Source: an uncultured Armatimonadia bacterium
Lineage (GTDB): Bacteria > Armatimonadota > Zipacnadia > CAVVLO01
Length of the DNA stretch: 64,000 nucleotides
Direction: 5' to 3'
Assembly: GCA_963749155.1 (NCBI GenBank)
Contig: CAVVLO010000002.1
Coordinates: 128,001-192,000, forward strand
Position numbers and translations under genes: made by a program. Below the pieces are notes generated by a model, which saw nothing but the letters and a program-made list of their open reading frames with translations, had not been told where the DNA came from and did not search any database. Position 1 is the first letter of the stretch. Every line of letters starts with the position of its first letter. Shown in pieces: positions 1-9,587 of the stretch.

Positions 1-139
1 CCAGTGCGGCTTCATAACCTAGACGCTCGAGTGCGGCCTGGACCCTGGCGCCAGTGCGAAAGGAGACTTCCCTTTCACTGCTTGCGCCACCAGCCAGAAC
101 AGCCACACGCTTCAGGTCGGCAGGCAAAGAATAACTCAT
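1..139 (-). CDS. ddl: D-alanine--D-alanine ligase, N-terminal part (runs off window start)
   Basis: Manual translation from ATG at 139 gives MSYSLPADLKRVAVLAGGASSEREVSFRTGARVQAALERLGYE, which contains the Ddl N-terminal motif VAVLxGGxSxEREVS. Not in the ORF track. Confidence 0.85.
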   Translation of the reverse strand, partial: MSYSLPADLKRVAVLAGGASSEREVSFRTGARVQAALERLGYEAAL

Positions 140-151
140 TCGTCTTCGCCT

Positions 152-1211
152 CTAAAGAGGCAGCTTGACCGGCGCTGAATCGTTGCGGCCCGATGCCAGA
201 ATCGCATTTATGACCTCAACCGCTTTACGCGCCTCGCGACCGCTGACTGTAGGTTCGGCCCCCTCCAGGATGCAGTCGCACAGGTTCTCGACATGAGCCC
301 GGTGCCCCTGAAAACTGATTGCCATCGGGTCATCTGCGCCACTACCTACCTCAACCTCATCGAGTTTGGCCCTGCCCTTGGCGCCCGAGCCTTCGCGCTC
401 TGACTTCAGCTCCCAGGAGATTATCCTCCCATCCTGCCAGATAAGGCTGCCCTCGCTGCCATGAAGTTCGATCTTCGAATAATAGCCAGGATAGGCACAG
501 GTTGTGGCGATGACTGAAGCCCAACCGCCTGCTTTCCGGTCGAGCCAGGCATAGGTCACGTCATCAGCTTCCATCTTGTGGGCCATTGTCGCAAAACGCC
601 CTCGCACGTTGTCGAAGGGGCCAACAAACCATTGCAGCAAGTCTACAAAATGGCAACACTGGTTTATGATGGCGCCGCCCCCGTCAAGAGCCCAGGTGCC
701 ATGCCATTCATCATCGTAATAATCCTGACCGCGCCACCATTTCATCGAAAGGTCGGCCATATAAAGGTCTCCGAGCAATCCGTCCTCAATAGCCTTTTTG
801 ACCTCACGACTTGCCTGGGCATATCGATTCTGGAAGACACAAGACAGGACGACCTGATTTTCTTCGGCCGCTGCGACGAAGCGGTCACAGGCCTCAACGG
901 TAATGTCCAGTGGCTTTCTCTGACAGGATGTGCTTGCCAGCCCTGGCCGCTGCCACGCCGATGGTGGCATGCAAGCCACTGGGGGCGCAGATGCTGATGG
1001 CGTCGATATCATCGCGCGCAAGCAACTCGTTGAAGTCTTCATAGACGTCGCCACCGCCATTCTCACTGGCCCGCCTCTCTGCCCTGTCCAGCTTGATATC
1101 GCAGAAAGCCACCAGTTCGGCGCGCTCGCACTCGCGCACTGCATCACAGTGGGCGCCACTGATGCCACCGCTGCCGACGATACCCCAAGCCAATTTGCCG
1201 TCCTTTGTCAT
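152..1211 (-). CDS. Gfo/Idh/MocA family oxidoreductase (one frameshift near 915)
   Basis: ORF 894-1211 has the Rossmann motif WGIVGSGGI and GKHILSEK. ORF 152-1168 continues KPLDIT...FQNRY...GGGAIINQCCHFVD. The EKP motif is broken by an extra A (GAGAAAGCCA). Confidence 0.9.
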
Positions 1212-2050
1212 TACGAAAGCCCTCCCTGATTTAGCGAAGCCAGGTAGCTGCGAAGCGTCTCCGCGAACTGCGGCAGAGCCACTTCAGGCTCTTCGAGCTG
1301 TTGCTGCCACCGTTTTTCCCACTCAAAACTGTAATAGCCCTGATACCCTCGCTTCAAAGTAAGCTCGAGGAAAGGCGCCAGAGGGATGTCTCCCATACCA
1401 GTCAGGCACAACTGGACTGTGCCATCAGGCAGCAAGCGCGAGTCCTTCAGATGCGCGTGGCCGAGTCTGCTGCCGAGGTAATCCCAGCTTGCTTCCAGGC
1501 TTTCCCCAGCCCGCCAGGGGTGATGCATATCCCACAAAGCGCAACTTGCCTCGGGATTGCCTGCCGCCAGCACCGCGCCAACTCGCTTGCCAGTGACAAA
1601 AAAATCGTGAGTCTCCAAAGCCAGTCTTACTTTATAACTGGCAGCGAAGACTTCCGCCTGCCTGAGGGTAAGTTGTGCCGCCTCGAGTGCTTCTGCTTCG
1701 GTCGCGCCTTCCGGCGGATTGCCTCCGAAGACACGCACCAGAGGCGCTCCCAACTGCTGGGCAATTAGGCAATAATCGGCTAGCTCGCTCAGGGTAGCCT
1801 CTCGCCTGGCTTTGTCTACCTGGCACAGCTGCGCGCTGGAAGCCACTACCACTGGTTTTATCCCGGCACTGGCTAGTCGCTGTTTCAACACTGGTAAATG
1901 AGCCTTGGAAAAAAGAGGCGAATTACGCAGATCAACCTGGTCCAGGTAACCCCTGAACTCAAGTCCCGAATATCCACATTCCACAGCGCAATCCAGAATC
2001 TGATCGAGGTCCCAATTGGGGCACCCGAGCGTGCTGAAAGCAAGTTTCAT
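1211..2050 (-). CDS. Sugar phosphate isomerase/epimerase (AP-endonuclease-2 TIM barrel)
   Basis: MKLAFSTLGCP start; LETHD, WDMHH, HAHLKD and SFEWE metal motifs; TAATG overlap with the downstream gene. Confidence 0.85.
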   Translation of the reverse strand: MKLAFSTLGCPNWDLDQILDCAVECGYSGLEFRGYLDQVDLRNSPLFSKAHLPVLKQRLASAGIKPVVVASSAQLCQVDKARREATLSELADYCLIAQQLGAPLVRVFGGNPPEGATEAEALEAAQLTLRQAEVFAASYKVRLALETHDFFVTGKRVGAVLAAGNPEASCALWDMHHPWRAGESLEASWDYLGSRLGHAHLKDSRLLPDGTVQLCLTGMGDIPLAPFLELTLKRGYQGYYSFEWEKRWQQQLEEPEVALPQFAETLRSYLASLNQGGLS

Positions 2051-2090
2051 TAGTTGCTCCGCAAGCAGGCCGGCCTGCAACCTGGCTGGC

Positions 2091-3578
2091 TTAGACGTCT
2101 AGCTCCGCCGTTGCCTCGTTGCTCAGCTGGGTAAGGGCCGTAAGCTCTTCTTCTGCCAGGCCTTCCTGTTCCTTGACTATCTCTTTCAGCACGCGCACCA
2201 GTTCGGCATCGAACTTGGTGCCTGCGCCCTTCATCAATTCGGCAATCGCGCGCCTGGGCGACCAGGCTGGGCCATCCATCCCGTTAACCCAGGAGTCATA
2301 TTGATCTACTATGGCAATCATCCGGGTGTTTTGGTCAAGGTCATCGGCGGTCAGATGCTCAGGATAGCCAGAGCCGTCCAACCGCTCGTGGTGGCTGCGG
2401 ACCATCCTGAGTACTGAATTCAGGAAGCGCACCGGCTCCAGTATGCTCGCTCCGATAAGGGCATGCATGGTGTTTGTATATTCTTCGCGCAATGCCTGAT
2501 CGGCAAAGGGCAGGGCGTCATCTTCGGAGATGCCTATCTTGCCCACATCGTGGAGCATTGTGCCAAACTTGATCAGCTCGACATTTTCCTGGTCCAGTCC
2601 CTGACGCCTGGCCATCTCCAGCATTAGCTTGAGCACCCTGTTGGTATGGCCCATTGCCTCGGGATCTTTGGCTTCGATAGCCAGGGAGAGAGCCCGGACG
2701 GTGTCATAGTAACCAGCGCGGACATTCTCGTGCAGCATGGCGTTCTCGATGGCGATTGCAGCCTGAGAAGCGAAAGCCATCAGCAGCGCTACTTCGTCCT
2801 GATTGAACCGCCTGCGCTTGTCGTTGTAGACCTTAATAACACCGACGACCCGCTGTTTGGTGGTGAGTGGGAGGGCCAGGACTGACGTAATACCCTCGGC
2901 CTCTGCCAGCTCATGGTGCTGGTAGCGCTTGTCTGTCTTGGCGTTCTCGACGTAGACAATTCTGCCCTGCAGGGCTTCCTGATTGACCAGACTCTTGGTC
3001 AGATCAACTGGTTCCTTGTCAAAATAATGGCGAGAGAGTCCAGCGGCGGCATAACGGGGCAACACTTCATCTCCATCTCCGCTCTCGGTAAACAGGCGAA
3101 TCGAGCAAGCCTTCACATGCATTACCTGTTGGGCCTCTTCAGCTATCCGCCTGAGTACATCCTCCAGCCGGAGCGAAGAAGCGACATGGTTGGCGACCTG
3201 GTAGAGGGTAGCGAATTCTCTTGTGCGCTGCCGCAGGAGTGATGCAAGTCGCGAAGTAAGGCCTGCGATGACGAAGAAGAAACCTGCCCTTACAAGAGGG
3301 ACTACGACGGCTAGTTCCATCGTGTTGTCAGGCTTGATCATTACCATCGCGAGGAAAGCTGCGATGAGCGCAACAAAGATGCCTCCCAGCTCTTCCAGGA
3401 AGAAAGCCGCCAGGATGATCGGGATATAATAGAATTGCGCCGCTGAAGCTGCCTGCGCGCCTTCACTTACGCGGACAATAAAGCTTACTCCCGCAAGCAA
3501 TAAGAGCGTCAGGAAGCCGAAAAGCAAACGTTTGCCGAAAGGGATCTCGGACTTGTAGATGCTGCCACCAGGCTCCAT
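2091..3578 (-). CDS. Membrane GAF + HD-GYP cyclic-dinucleotide phosphodiesterase
   Basis: About 4 N-terminal TM helices; GAF ending FASQAAIAIENA; AIEAKDP, HDVGK and HHERLDGSGYP motifs. Confidence 0.9.
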   Translation of the reverse strand: MEPGGSIYKSEIPFGKRLLFGFLTLLLLAGVSFIVRVSEGAQAASAAQFYYIPIILAAFFLEELGGIFVALIAAFLAMVMIKPDNTMELAVVVPLVRAGFFFVIAGLTSRLASLLRQRTREFATLYQVANHVASSLRLEDVLRRIAEEAQQVMHVKACSIRLFTESGDGDEVLPRYAAAGLSRHYFDKEPVDLTKSLVNQEALQGRIVYVENAKTDKRYQHHELAEAEGITSVLALPLTTKQRVVGVIKVYNDKRRRFNQDEVALLMAFASQAAIAIENAMLHENVRAGYYDTVRALSLAIEAKDPEAMGHTNRVLKLMLEMARRQGLDQENVELIKFGTMLHDVGKIGISEDDALPFADQALREEYTNTMHALIGASILEPVRFLNSVLRMVRSHHERLDGSGYPEHLTADDLDQNTRMIAIVDQYDSWVNGMDGPAWSPRRAIAELMKGAGTKFDAELVRVLKEIVKEQEGLAEEELTALTQLSNEATAELDV

Positions 3579-3729
3579 TAAGTAAATCCCAGGTATAAGG
3601 CTTAGTGGCTAGCGGTTTTGGGCCTGGCCCAAAGAAAACCAGGCAGGGCAAATAACGCCCCGCACCAGCCCCCCGCTCGCCGAAATCAAAAATCCCCTGA
3701 AGGCTGGCAAGCTCTTGTCCCAGAAGGGC

Positions 3730-3757
3730 TAAAGAACCTTCCGCCTTGTGCCGATTA
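3730..3757 (+). promoter_or_regulatory. Putative sigma-28 (FliA/SigD) promoter
   Basis: TAAA(3730-3733)-N16-GCCGATTA(3750-3757), directly upstream of a FliK-like gene. Confidence 0.65.
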
Positions 3758-3804
3758 TTATAGCACGCGTGCTTGAAGCGACACAACTGATTGGAGGCTT
3801 GGTA

Positions 3805-5205
3805 GTGCCACCTTACCGGCTTGGCCCAATGGATAGCTTGTTGCTCTCGGGAGCACTGGCCCGGCTTGCCGAGCGAGGAGTATCTCTGCAACCAGGCGCG
3901 CGTCTGGCTGGCCGTGTCACTCGAATTATCGGCGGCTTTAGCGAGGTCCAGCTTGCCGGAGAGCCTGTGCTTGCGCGGGTAGATGTACCCGTTTTCGCAG
4001 GCCAGCGCGCCTTATTCGAAGTCCTTGCCCTCGAACAGTCGCGACTGCACCTGCGTCTTATCCAGCCAGGGCAGGGCGCCGATTCCACCAGGTCTCTCCT
4101 GTCGGCAACCAGTCCTGATGAGATAAGCAAATCAAGCCAGGTACCCGGCTCTCCCAGTCCAACCAGTCATCGTCATCAGTTCCTCCTGCCTGCCCTCGAG
4201 CTAGCCACTCAGCTCGAAAGCGCGCTTGCTTTGCCTGCCGAAAAGGCCCGCACCTTGCTCTGGTCTGGTCAGTCCGGTTGGCCTCTGCCTCCTGCCTCTC
4301 GGCTCCTTGCCTTGCTCGCGACCCTCACAACTCGCCTTTCAGGCTCTCCTGACCAGCAGCTTCTACTACTGCGCGCCCTGCTTGGCCCGGTCGCACCGAG
4401 TGTGCTGGGGGCAGCCCTGGAGATACAGCGTCCCCTGGCGCGCAAGGCGTCCAGCGAGGCAATCCTCATCCTGGACCGGCCCGAGACTGCCACTCGACTG
4501 CCTGGACTACTCAAGCTGCTGGATGCAGCCTCTCAAGCGCTTCAGGCTGTGGACGAACTCACTCCCGAAATACTCCAGAAGATCGCCGAGCAGCTTGCAG
4601 CTCAGGGCGAAACCGCGAATCAGGCCTCGGCGAAGCTTGCCCTCGAGGCTGCCCTGGTCGAACGAGCTCTGCTGGCGACTCCAGGCTCCAGTCCGGCCCT
4701 CGCGGGGCAACTGGCCAGCCTCGATCAGGGGGGAGAGCGGCTCAGCCATGCCGAGTTGCAGGGCTTGCTGGCAGAGACGACCGCAGAGCTAGCCGAGGCT
4801 CATAATCTGTTGCTTCTGGGCAGTCCACGCGAATTGCCTGCGTCCAAAGGGCAGTTGGTGGTAGCCTGGCTCCCCCCAATGGCAACCTTTGGATGTGAAG
4901 CTCCGCCTCTTCAACTTACCTATGAGCAATTGCCCCAGGAGGAAGAGACCGCCTTACTCGAACGCTGTCATTTCACCCTTTGGCTACCTCGACTTGGTGA
5001 GGTGGAAGCCACCTTGCTGCGTTCGGAGGGGCAGTTACTGGTCAGGCTGGATACTGGTGAAGTCCATGCAAGAGTGACGCTACTTGGTGCCGCTGACGAA
5101 CTCGCAAGAGCACTTTCAAGTTTTGGAGAATGCAGGGTGGTTATTTCCAGTCCATCGCCCCCCTCAGAAGGTCAGGGAGAGGGATATTTTGATGCCACAA
5201 TCTGA
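3805..5205 (+). CDS. Flagellar hook-length control FliK-like protein
   Basis: GGAGG RBS at 3793-3797 and in-frame GTG at 3805. Leu/Ala-rich body with C-terminal LPRLGEVEATL...LLVRL...LARALS, typical of the FliK C-terminal domain. Adjacent to an FlhB-C-like gene. Confidence 0.6.
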   Translation: MPPYRLGPMDSLLLSGALARLAERGVSLQPGARLAGRVTRIIGGFSEVQLAGEPVLARVDVPVFAGQRALFEVLALEQSRLHLRLIQPGQGADSTRSLLSATSPDEISKSSQVPGSPSPTSHRHQFLLPALELATQLESALALPAEKARTLLWSGQSGWPLPPASRLLALLATLTTRLSGSPDQQLLLLRALLGPVAPSVLGAALEIQRPLARKASSEAILILDRPETATRLPGLLKLLDAASQALQAVDELTPEILQKIAEQLAAQGETANQASAKLALEAALVERALLATPGSSPALAGQLASLDQGGERLSHAELQGLLAETTAELAEAHNLLLLGSPRELPASKGQLVVAWLPPMATFGCEAPPLQLTYEQLPQEEETALLERCHFTLWLPRLGEVEATLLRSEGQLLVRLDTGEVHARVTLLGAADELARALSSFGECRVVISSPSPPSEGQGEGYFDATI

Positions 5206-5542
5206 GGCAGACAAACTGCAGCGATTTGCCGCCGCGCTTGCCTGGGATTCAGCCACCGATGTGGCGCCGCGCGTATTGGCAGCAGGCTCGGGATGGATGG
5301 CAGACCTGATACTCGACCTGGCGCGCAAGTCGGACGTGCCGGTGAGGGAAAACAAAGATCTGGCCGAACGGCTCAGCGCCCTGGCTCCGCCCGCCTTTAT
5401 CCCCGAGGAGCTCTATCTGGCTGTAGCCGAAGTTTATGCTTTTCTGCTGCGCCTTGACGCCGAGGTTGGTTCACATCAAGTTGGTGATGAAATAAGCAAC
5501 CCCGAGGTAAACGGCGATCCCGGAGATATCGTTCAAGGTTGA
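5192..5542 (+). CDS. FlhB/EscU C-terminal-like protein (FlhX/YlqH type)
   Basis: AAALAWD...APRVLAAGSGWMADLILDLARKSDVPVRE...LAERL...IPEELYLAVAEVYAFL; ATG at 5192 overlaps the upstream stop. Confidence 0.85.
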   Translation: MPQSEADKLQRFAAALAWDSATDVAPRVLAAGSGWMADLILDLARKSDVPVRENKDLAERLSALAPPAFIPEELYLAVAEVYAFLLRLDAEVGSHQVGDEISNPEVNGDPGDIVQG

Positions 5543-6827
5543 TAATAGCGGATTGGCGGCAAGAGCTGGGTCCACGCCGGCCTTTGTCAGACTGACAGGC
5601 ACCAGGATCCCTGTACAAACCGAGACAATAATCGCGGCAGCCATTCCCACGCCTACCGATAAGGCAACGGTGCTGTCAGAAGTCCACATCAGCGCCACAA
5701 AGCCAAGCGTCAGGCCGAAAACAATCCCAAGGAAAGTAGCTGCCGTCATCTGCTTGAAGAAAGCCCGACGCAGCACTGACCGGCTTGCTTCTTTTTCGAT
5801 TAGCGCCCTGATAATCAAGGTCATCGTCTGAGCGCCGGAGGCATTGCCCAGGGCGGCTATTGCCGGCACGAACATTGCGAACATCAGCGGATCATGGTGG
5901 CCGAGTTTTTTTGCCACTACCCCTACCAGGATGCTCGAGATGATAGCATCGCCCAAGGATACCAGCAGATAAGGTACACGACTGGTTGCAGTCTGCATTG
6001 ACGTGAGCGTCAAGGTCTCGGTCAAACTCATCCCGGCCATCTTGAGGACGTCCTCTTCATGCTCCTCTTCAATGACTTCAAGCAAGTCGTCCACTGTGAT
6101 ACGACCTAATAACACCCCTGTCTCATCCACAACAGGGATAGCGTAGAGGTTGTACTTGCTTGCGAGGCGCGACACCTCTTCTCGGTCCACATCCGGTGCA
6201 ACTTTGATGATATCGGTGGTCATCAAATCCGAGACAGGCGTCTCCAGCGCAGCGGTGACCAGTTTCCTGAAGTCGACCACTCCGAGCAGCTTGCCCAGGG
6301 TGTCTGTGACATAAAGATAAAAAACTTCCTCGGGCGTCTCGCCGCGGCGCAAGAACTCCAGCACCTGGCCTACCGTCATTGCAGGGGGCACGGTGACCAA
6401 ATCCGGTGTCATCATCGCGCCGGCGCTGTCTTCTTCGTAGCTAAGTAGCGAGCGCAACTCGGCGGATTCTTCTGGAGGCATCAGCTCGAGTACACGCGCC
6501 GCCACGTCATCTTCGAGGTCGCGCATCTGCTCTGCGCCTTCATCAGGCGGCATCGCATCTATAATCTCAGCCAGGCGGTTATCGCTCAGCCCGTCGGTAA
6601 TCTCTTCGGCGATCTCATCCTCGACCTCATCGAGTACCTCGGCGGCTTCTTCGGTGCCCAGCAGACCGAAAAGCTGATCGCGTATCTCCGACTTCCAGCT
6701 CTTCAAGCAGGTCAGCCTTGTCCGAGGCGTGAAGTCGCGCCATCATCCGCACAAGCTGCTGCTGCTGGCCAGTAGCCAGCAAGCGCTCAACAGCCTTCGC
6801 AGCTTTTTCTACATTCAGTTTGGGCAT
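5471..6827 (-). CDS. mgtE: Magnesium transporter MgtE (frameshift near 6690)
   Basis: Acidic N domain (start in ORF 6627-6827, LHASDKADLLEEL), YEEDSAGAMMT, CBS pair, and TM domain with GNASGAQ and DPALAANPLLSTLND. Confidence 0.92.
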
Positions 6828-6937
6828 GGTGTGCCTTCAGCTAGAGGTGAGTGGGGGCAACTCGCTTATGACAAGCGGGGTGCGCCAAACAGATGCCTAA
6901 TTCTACGTCAGCCAGCGCCGCTCGTAAAGCAGGCTGG

Positions 6938-7666
6938 CTACTCGTCCTTGCCCGGGTAGTGGAATATCCTGCTGCAGCTCGAACACTTAACTACTTCAAC
7001 ACCTGCTTTTATTTTCTGCCAGTCCTTCTGACCGATACTTACTTTACAGGCGCCGCAACTCGGCTCAATCACCGGCCAGACTACCTGGCCTCCCAGGTGT
7101 TTGCGCAGTTCGTCATAACCTGCCAGAAGCCGCGCTTCTACCAGCTTGCGGGCTTCTACGCGCTGCTTGATTAGCTCTTCGACTTCAGATTTCAACCTGC
7201 CAACAGTCTGCTCAAAGCGCTTGCGAATTTGGACATACTGGCTTTTTAGTTGTTGCACTTCGTTTTGTTTTTCGACCACCGCAGCCGTTACGGCCTCGAC
7301 TTCAGTAAACAGTTGGAGCACCTCGCCATCGAGTTTGGCGCGTTTACGCCCAAGAGCCTGAGCTTCGGCCTCAAGGTCTTGAAGCTCACGAGGATTACTG
7401 ATCCGCCCGCTGTAAAGCTTCTCCTGTTCGCGCGCGAGCTTCTCTTCGGTGCCTTTGAGTTCCAGTTCGTGGTCACGCAGTTCGCCTTCGGTCTTTTTTT
7501 TCTGGTCGGTGATACTGGCTAGCTCAGCGGCTCCTGCTTTGATCGACCTGGCTAGCTCAGCCCCGTCATCGAGCTTGCGCGCTGCTGCCAGTCGTTTGTC
7601 AATCTCAAGATCCAGTTGCTGAAGCGCCCACAACCTGTCCGTAAGAGCCAACTGCGACTCACCCAC
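6938..7666 (-). CDS. Coiled-coil + C4 zinc-ribbon protein (DUF164/CT398-like)
   Basis: LWALQQLDLEI start, long coiled coil, CGAC...CSSCSRI; usual position next to Nif3. Confidence 0.88.
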   Translation of the reverse strand: MGESQLALTDRLWALQQLDLEIDKRLAAARKLDDGAELARSIKAGAAELASITDQKKKTEGELRDHELELKGTEEKLAREQEKLYSGRISNPRELQDLEAEAQALGRKRAKLDGEVLQLFTEVEAVTAAVVEKQNEVQQLKSQYVQIRKRFEQTVGRLKSEVEELIKQRVEARKLVEARLLAGYDELRKHLGGQVVWPVIEPSCGACKVSIGQKDWQKIKAGVEVVKCSSCSRIFHYPGKDE

Positions 7667-8744
7667 CTTCAGTGGTTCGGAGACGCCAGGCGAGAGGCTC
7701 TTTCGGCTCGCACCGAGCGTACTCCAGATTTGGAAACTGCGTACCTAGAAACTCCTGCATCGCCAATATGGTTGGTTGTTCGCTGATAGCATGGCCGAGT
7801 ACCACAGTAGAAAGGCCGCGCTGCAAGGCTTCCTGGGCTGGGTGGAAACCAAGCTCGCCAGTGATGAAGAGCTCCACTCCCCGCTCTGCTGCCTCGGCCA
7901 CAAAGCTATTGCCAGAACCAGCCACAATCGCGATATGCTGGACTTTACGCTGCGGGTCATTCCCCAGTCCATATGCCCTGGCGCCCAGCTTGCCAGCAAG
8001 CCCTTCAGCCAGCACCTCAACAGCGGTGAGTTGCTTGAGCTTGCCTACCACACCTGCCGAATAGGTCGTGTTGCGATTAGCCAGGGGAGTAAGCGTCAGG
8101 CGGTTTGGAGCGCCCCCCAGCGCCTGTTGAAGCCGTTCTCGGTAGTAAGAGGTGTTGGCCTGAGCACAATCGAAAGCCATTGCTACATGGGACTCAGAAG
8201 CAAGCTCGCCTTCTTTGGCCCCTGGCTTCAAAAGCGGCACGGCTGCCAGCTCGATGTCTTGCACTCCTGCCGCCATCAAAGCGAGCGCAACCGCATCGGA
8301 TTGTTCTTCAGGCACAAAGAAAGAAAGCCGCACTTTGGTATCCTGCTCTGCCATCCCCAAAGGGGCAAGCTCTGACAAATCAATCAGGGCGGCCAGCTTC
8401 CGACTGGCCCCAAACTTGAGCGAATTGTCCGCATTGGTGTGAGCACAGTAAAGCGCGATATCCTGCTTGACCAGTTCTCTGACGAGCTGGCCTTGCGGGG
8501 TATCAAAGGTAAGTCCGGACAAAGGCTTGAAAAGCAGCGGGTGATGAGTTATGAGTAACTGGGCTTTGCGCCGGCCATCAAGGGCTAGCTGTAGCGCGGC
8601 CGCATCGCAGTCGACGGCCAGCACAATCCGCTTAACTTCACTGTTCGGATCGCCAACTTGCAACCCCACGTTATCCCAGCTTTCTGCCAGGCCTTGTGGG
8701 GCGAAGTCTTCCAGTTCCTCGATGACGTCCTTTACCAGGGGCAT
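7659..8744 (-). CDS. Nif3-like dinuclear metal centre protein
   Basis: AESWDNVGLQVG, ITHHPLLF, HTNAD, ITGE and GHAISE motifs. Confidence 0.92.
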   Translation of the reverse strand: MPLVKDVIEELEDFAPQGLAESWDNVGLQVGDPNSEVKRIVLAVDCDAAALQLALDGRRKAQLLITHHPLLFKPLSGLTFDTPQGQLVRELVKQDIALYCAHTNADNSLKFGASRKLAALIDLSELAPLGMAEQDTKVRLSFFVPEEQSDAVALALMAAGVQDIELAAVPLLKPGAKEGELASESHVAMAFDCAQANTSYYRERLQQALGGAPNRLTLTPLANRNTTYSAGVVGKLKQLTAVEVLAEGLAGKLGARAYGLGNDPQRKVQHIAIVAGSGNSFVAEAAERGVELFITGELGFHPAQEALQRGLSTVVLGHAISEQPTILAMQEFLGTQFPNLEYARCEPKEPLAWRLRTTEGG

Positions 8745-8793
8745 AACCTGACCTCGACTCTAGTCCAAGTAAAAGATTTCGCCACTCTTCAGT

Positions 8794-9534
8794 TTAGTCC
8801 TGCCAAGGCTCTGGCTTGAAACTGGCGCGCCCCTCGAAGAGCAGGTCATATGCGTCGACATTGAACTCGCGCGCCTCGATATCGAAGTCCGAAGTCTCTA
8901 CAACGACATCGCCACTGCAGTCGATAATCAGGTCGTAGTCCGGCTTCAGGATTATGTTGCCTCCCGACAGCTCTATATCGCGCCAGGAATCCACTTTGAG
9001 AGTGCCATCACAATCAATTTCGATGTTGCCCATATGGTCAATCAGTATCTTGCTGCCGTTGGCGGACAGTTCCAGCTCGCCGGGGAAGCTCCCCAGCAAC
9101 ACCGAAGCGCTTCCAGACTTCAAGCTTACCTGGTCGGTGACATCGATACGCGAACCGTTGGAGCCTGACAGCGTCACCGGTGCGGTGAGCCACTTGCCAG
9201 AATTAACTGGCCCCCAGGGTGAAGGCCCCACGATGAAAGGCTGTTCTCCCTTGCCCTGGACAAAAGTAATCAGCACCTCCTGCCCCGCCTCGAGGCTCCA
9301 GCCTGTCTCGGGCAGAGCGCGCGCGGCGGAAAATTCTTTGCCCAAACTGGCTGCTTCAAGCCGGAACTCCCTGAGTCCCGTCTCTGGGCTGGTTATTTCC
9401 AGTATCTTCGCCAAATAAAACTGCCCTGGCAGTGCTTCTGCCTGAGGCCTGGCAAGCTGCGAAAACAAAAGGAAACCAAGGGCAATGACCGCAAGCAAGG
9501 CTAGTTGCAGCTTCTGACTTCCCATACTGACCAC
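8794..9534 (-). CDS. Secreted or anchored protein with gpV/VgrG-like OB-fold and beta-repeat tail
   Basis: Hydrophobic N-terminus; LEAGQEVLITFVQGKGEQPFIVG resembles the spike OB-fold motif; then short beta repeats (NIEIDCDGTLKVDS..., DLIIDCSGDVVVET). Confidence 0.55.
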   Translation of the reverse strand: MVSMGSQKLQLALLAVIALGFLLFSQLARPQAEALPGQFYLAKILEITSPETGLREFRLEAASLGKEFSAARALPETGWSLEAGQEVLITFVQGKGEQPFIVGPSPWGPVNSGKWLTAPVTLSGSNGSRIDVTDQVSLKSGSASVLLGSFPGELELSANGSKILIDHMGNIEIDCDGTLKVDSWRDIELSGGNIILKPDYDLIIDCSGDVVVETSDFDIEAREFNVDAYDLLFEGRASFKPEPWQD

Positions 9535-9587
9535 TCCTTCGTTGACAGTGGTGTCTCAAGCGCTTAGGATTAGCACCTGGCGTTCAA

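Noticed and set aside
3579..3725. Possible c-di-GMP riboswitch upstream of the HD-GYP gene; palindrome TTTGGGCC-T-GGCCCAAA
   Set aside because: No GEMM consensus (GGCAAAC..GAAA..GACGCAAAGC) on the minus strand. A lone palindrome is not interpretable.
6828..6937. M-box riboswitch before mgtE, or rnpB after the zinc-ribbon gene
   Set aside because: The gap is only 110 nt and shows no consensus for either RNA.
8794..9534. Prophage or T6SS remnant
   Set aside because: No integrase, att-like repeats or other structural genes nearby. Kept only as an orphan spike-like gene.
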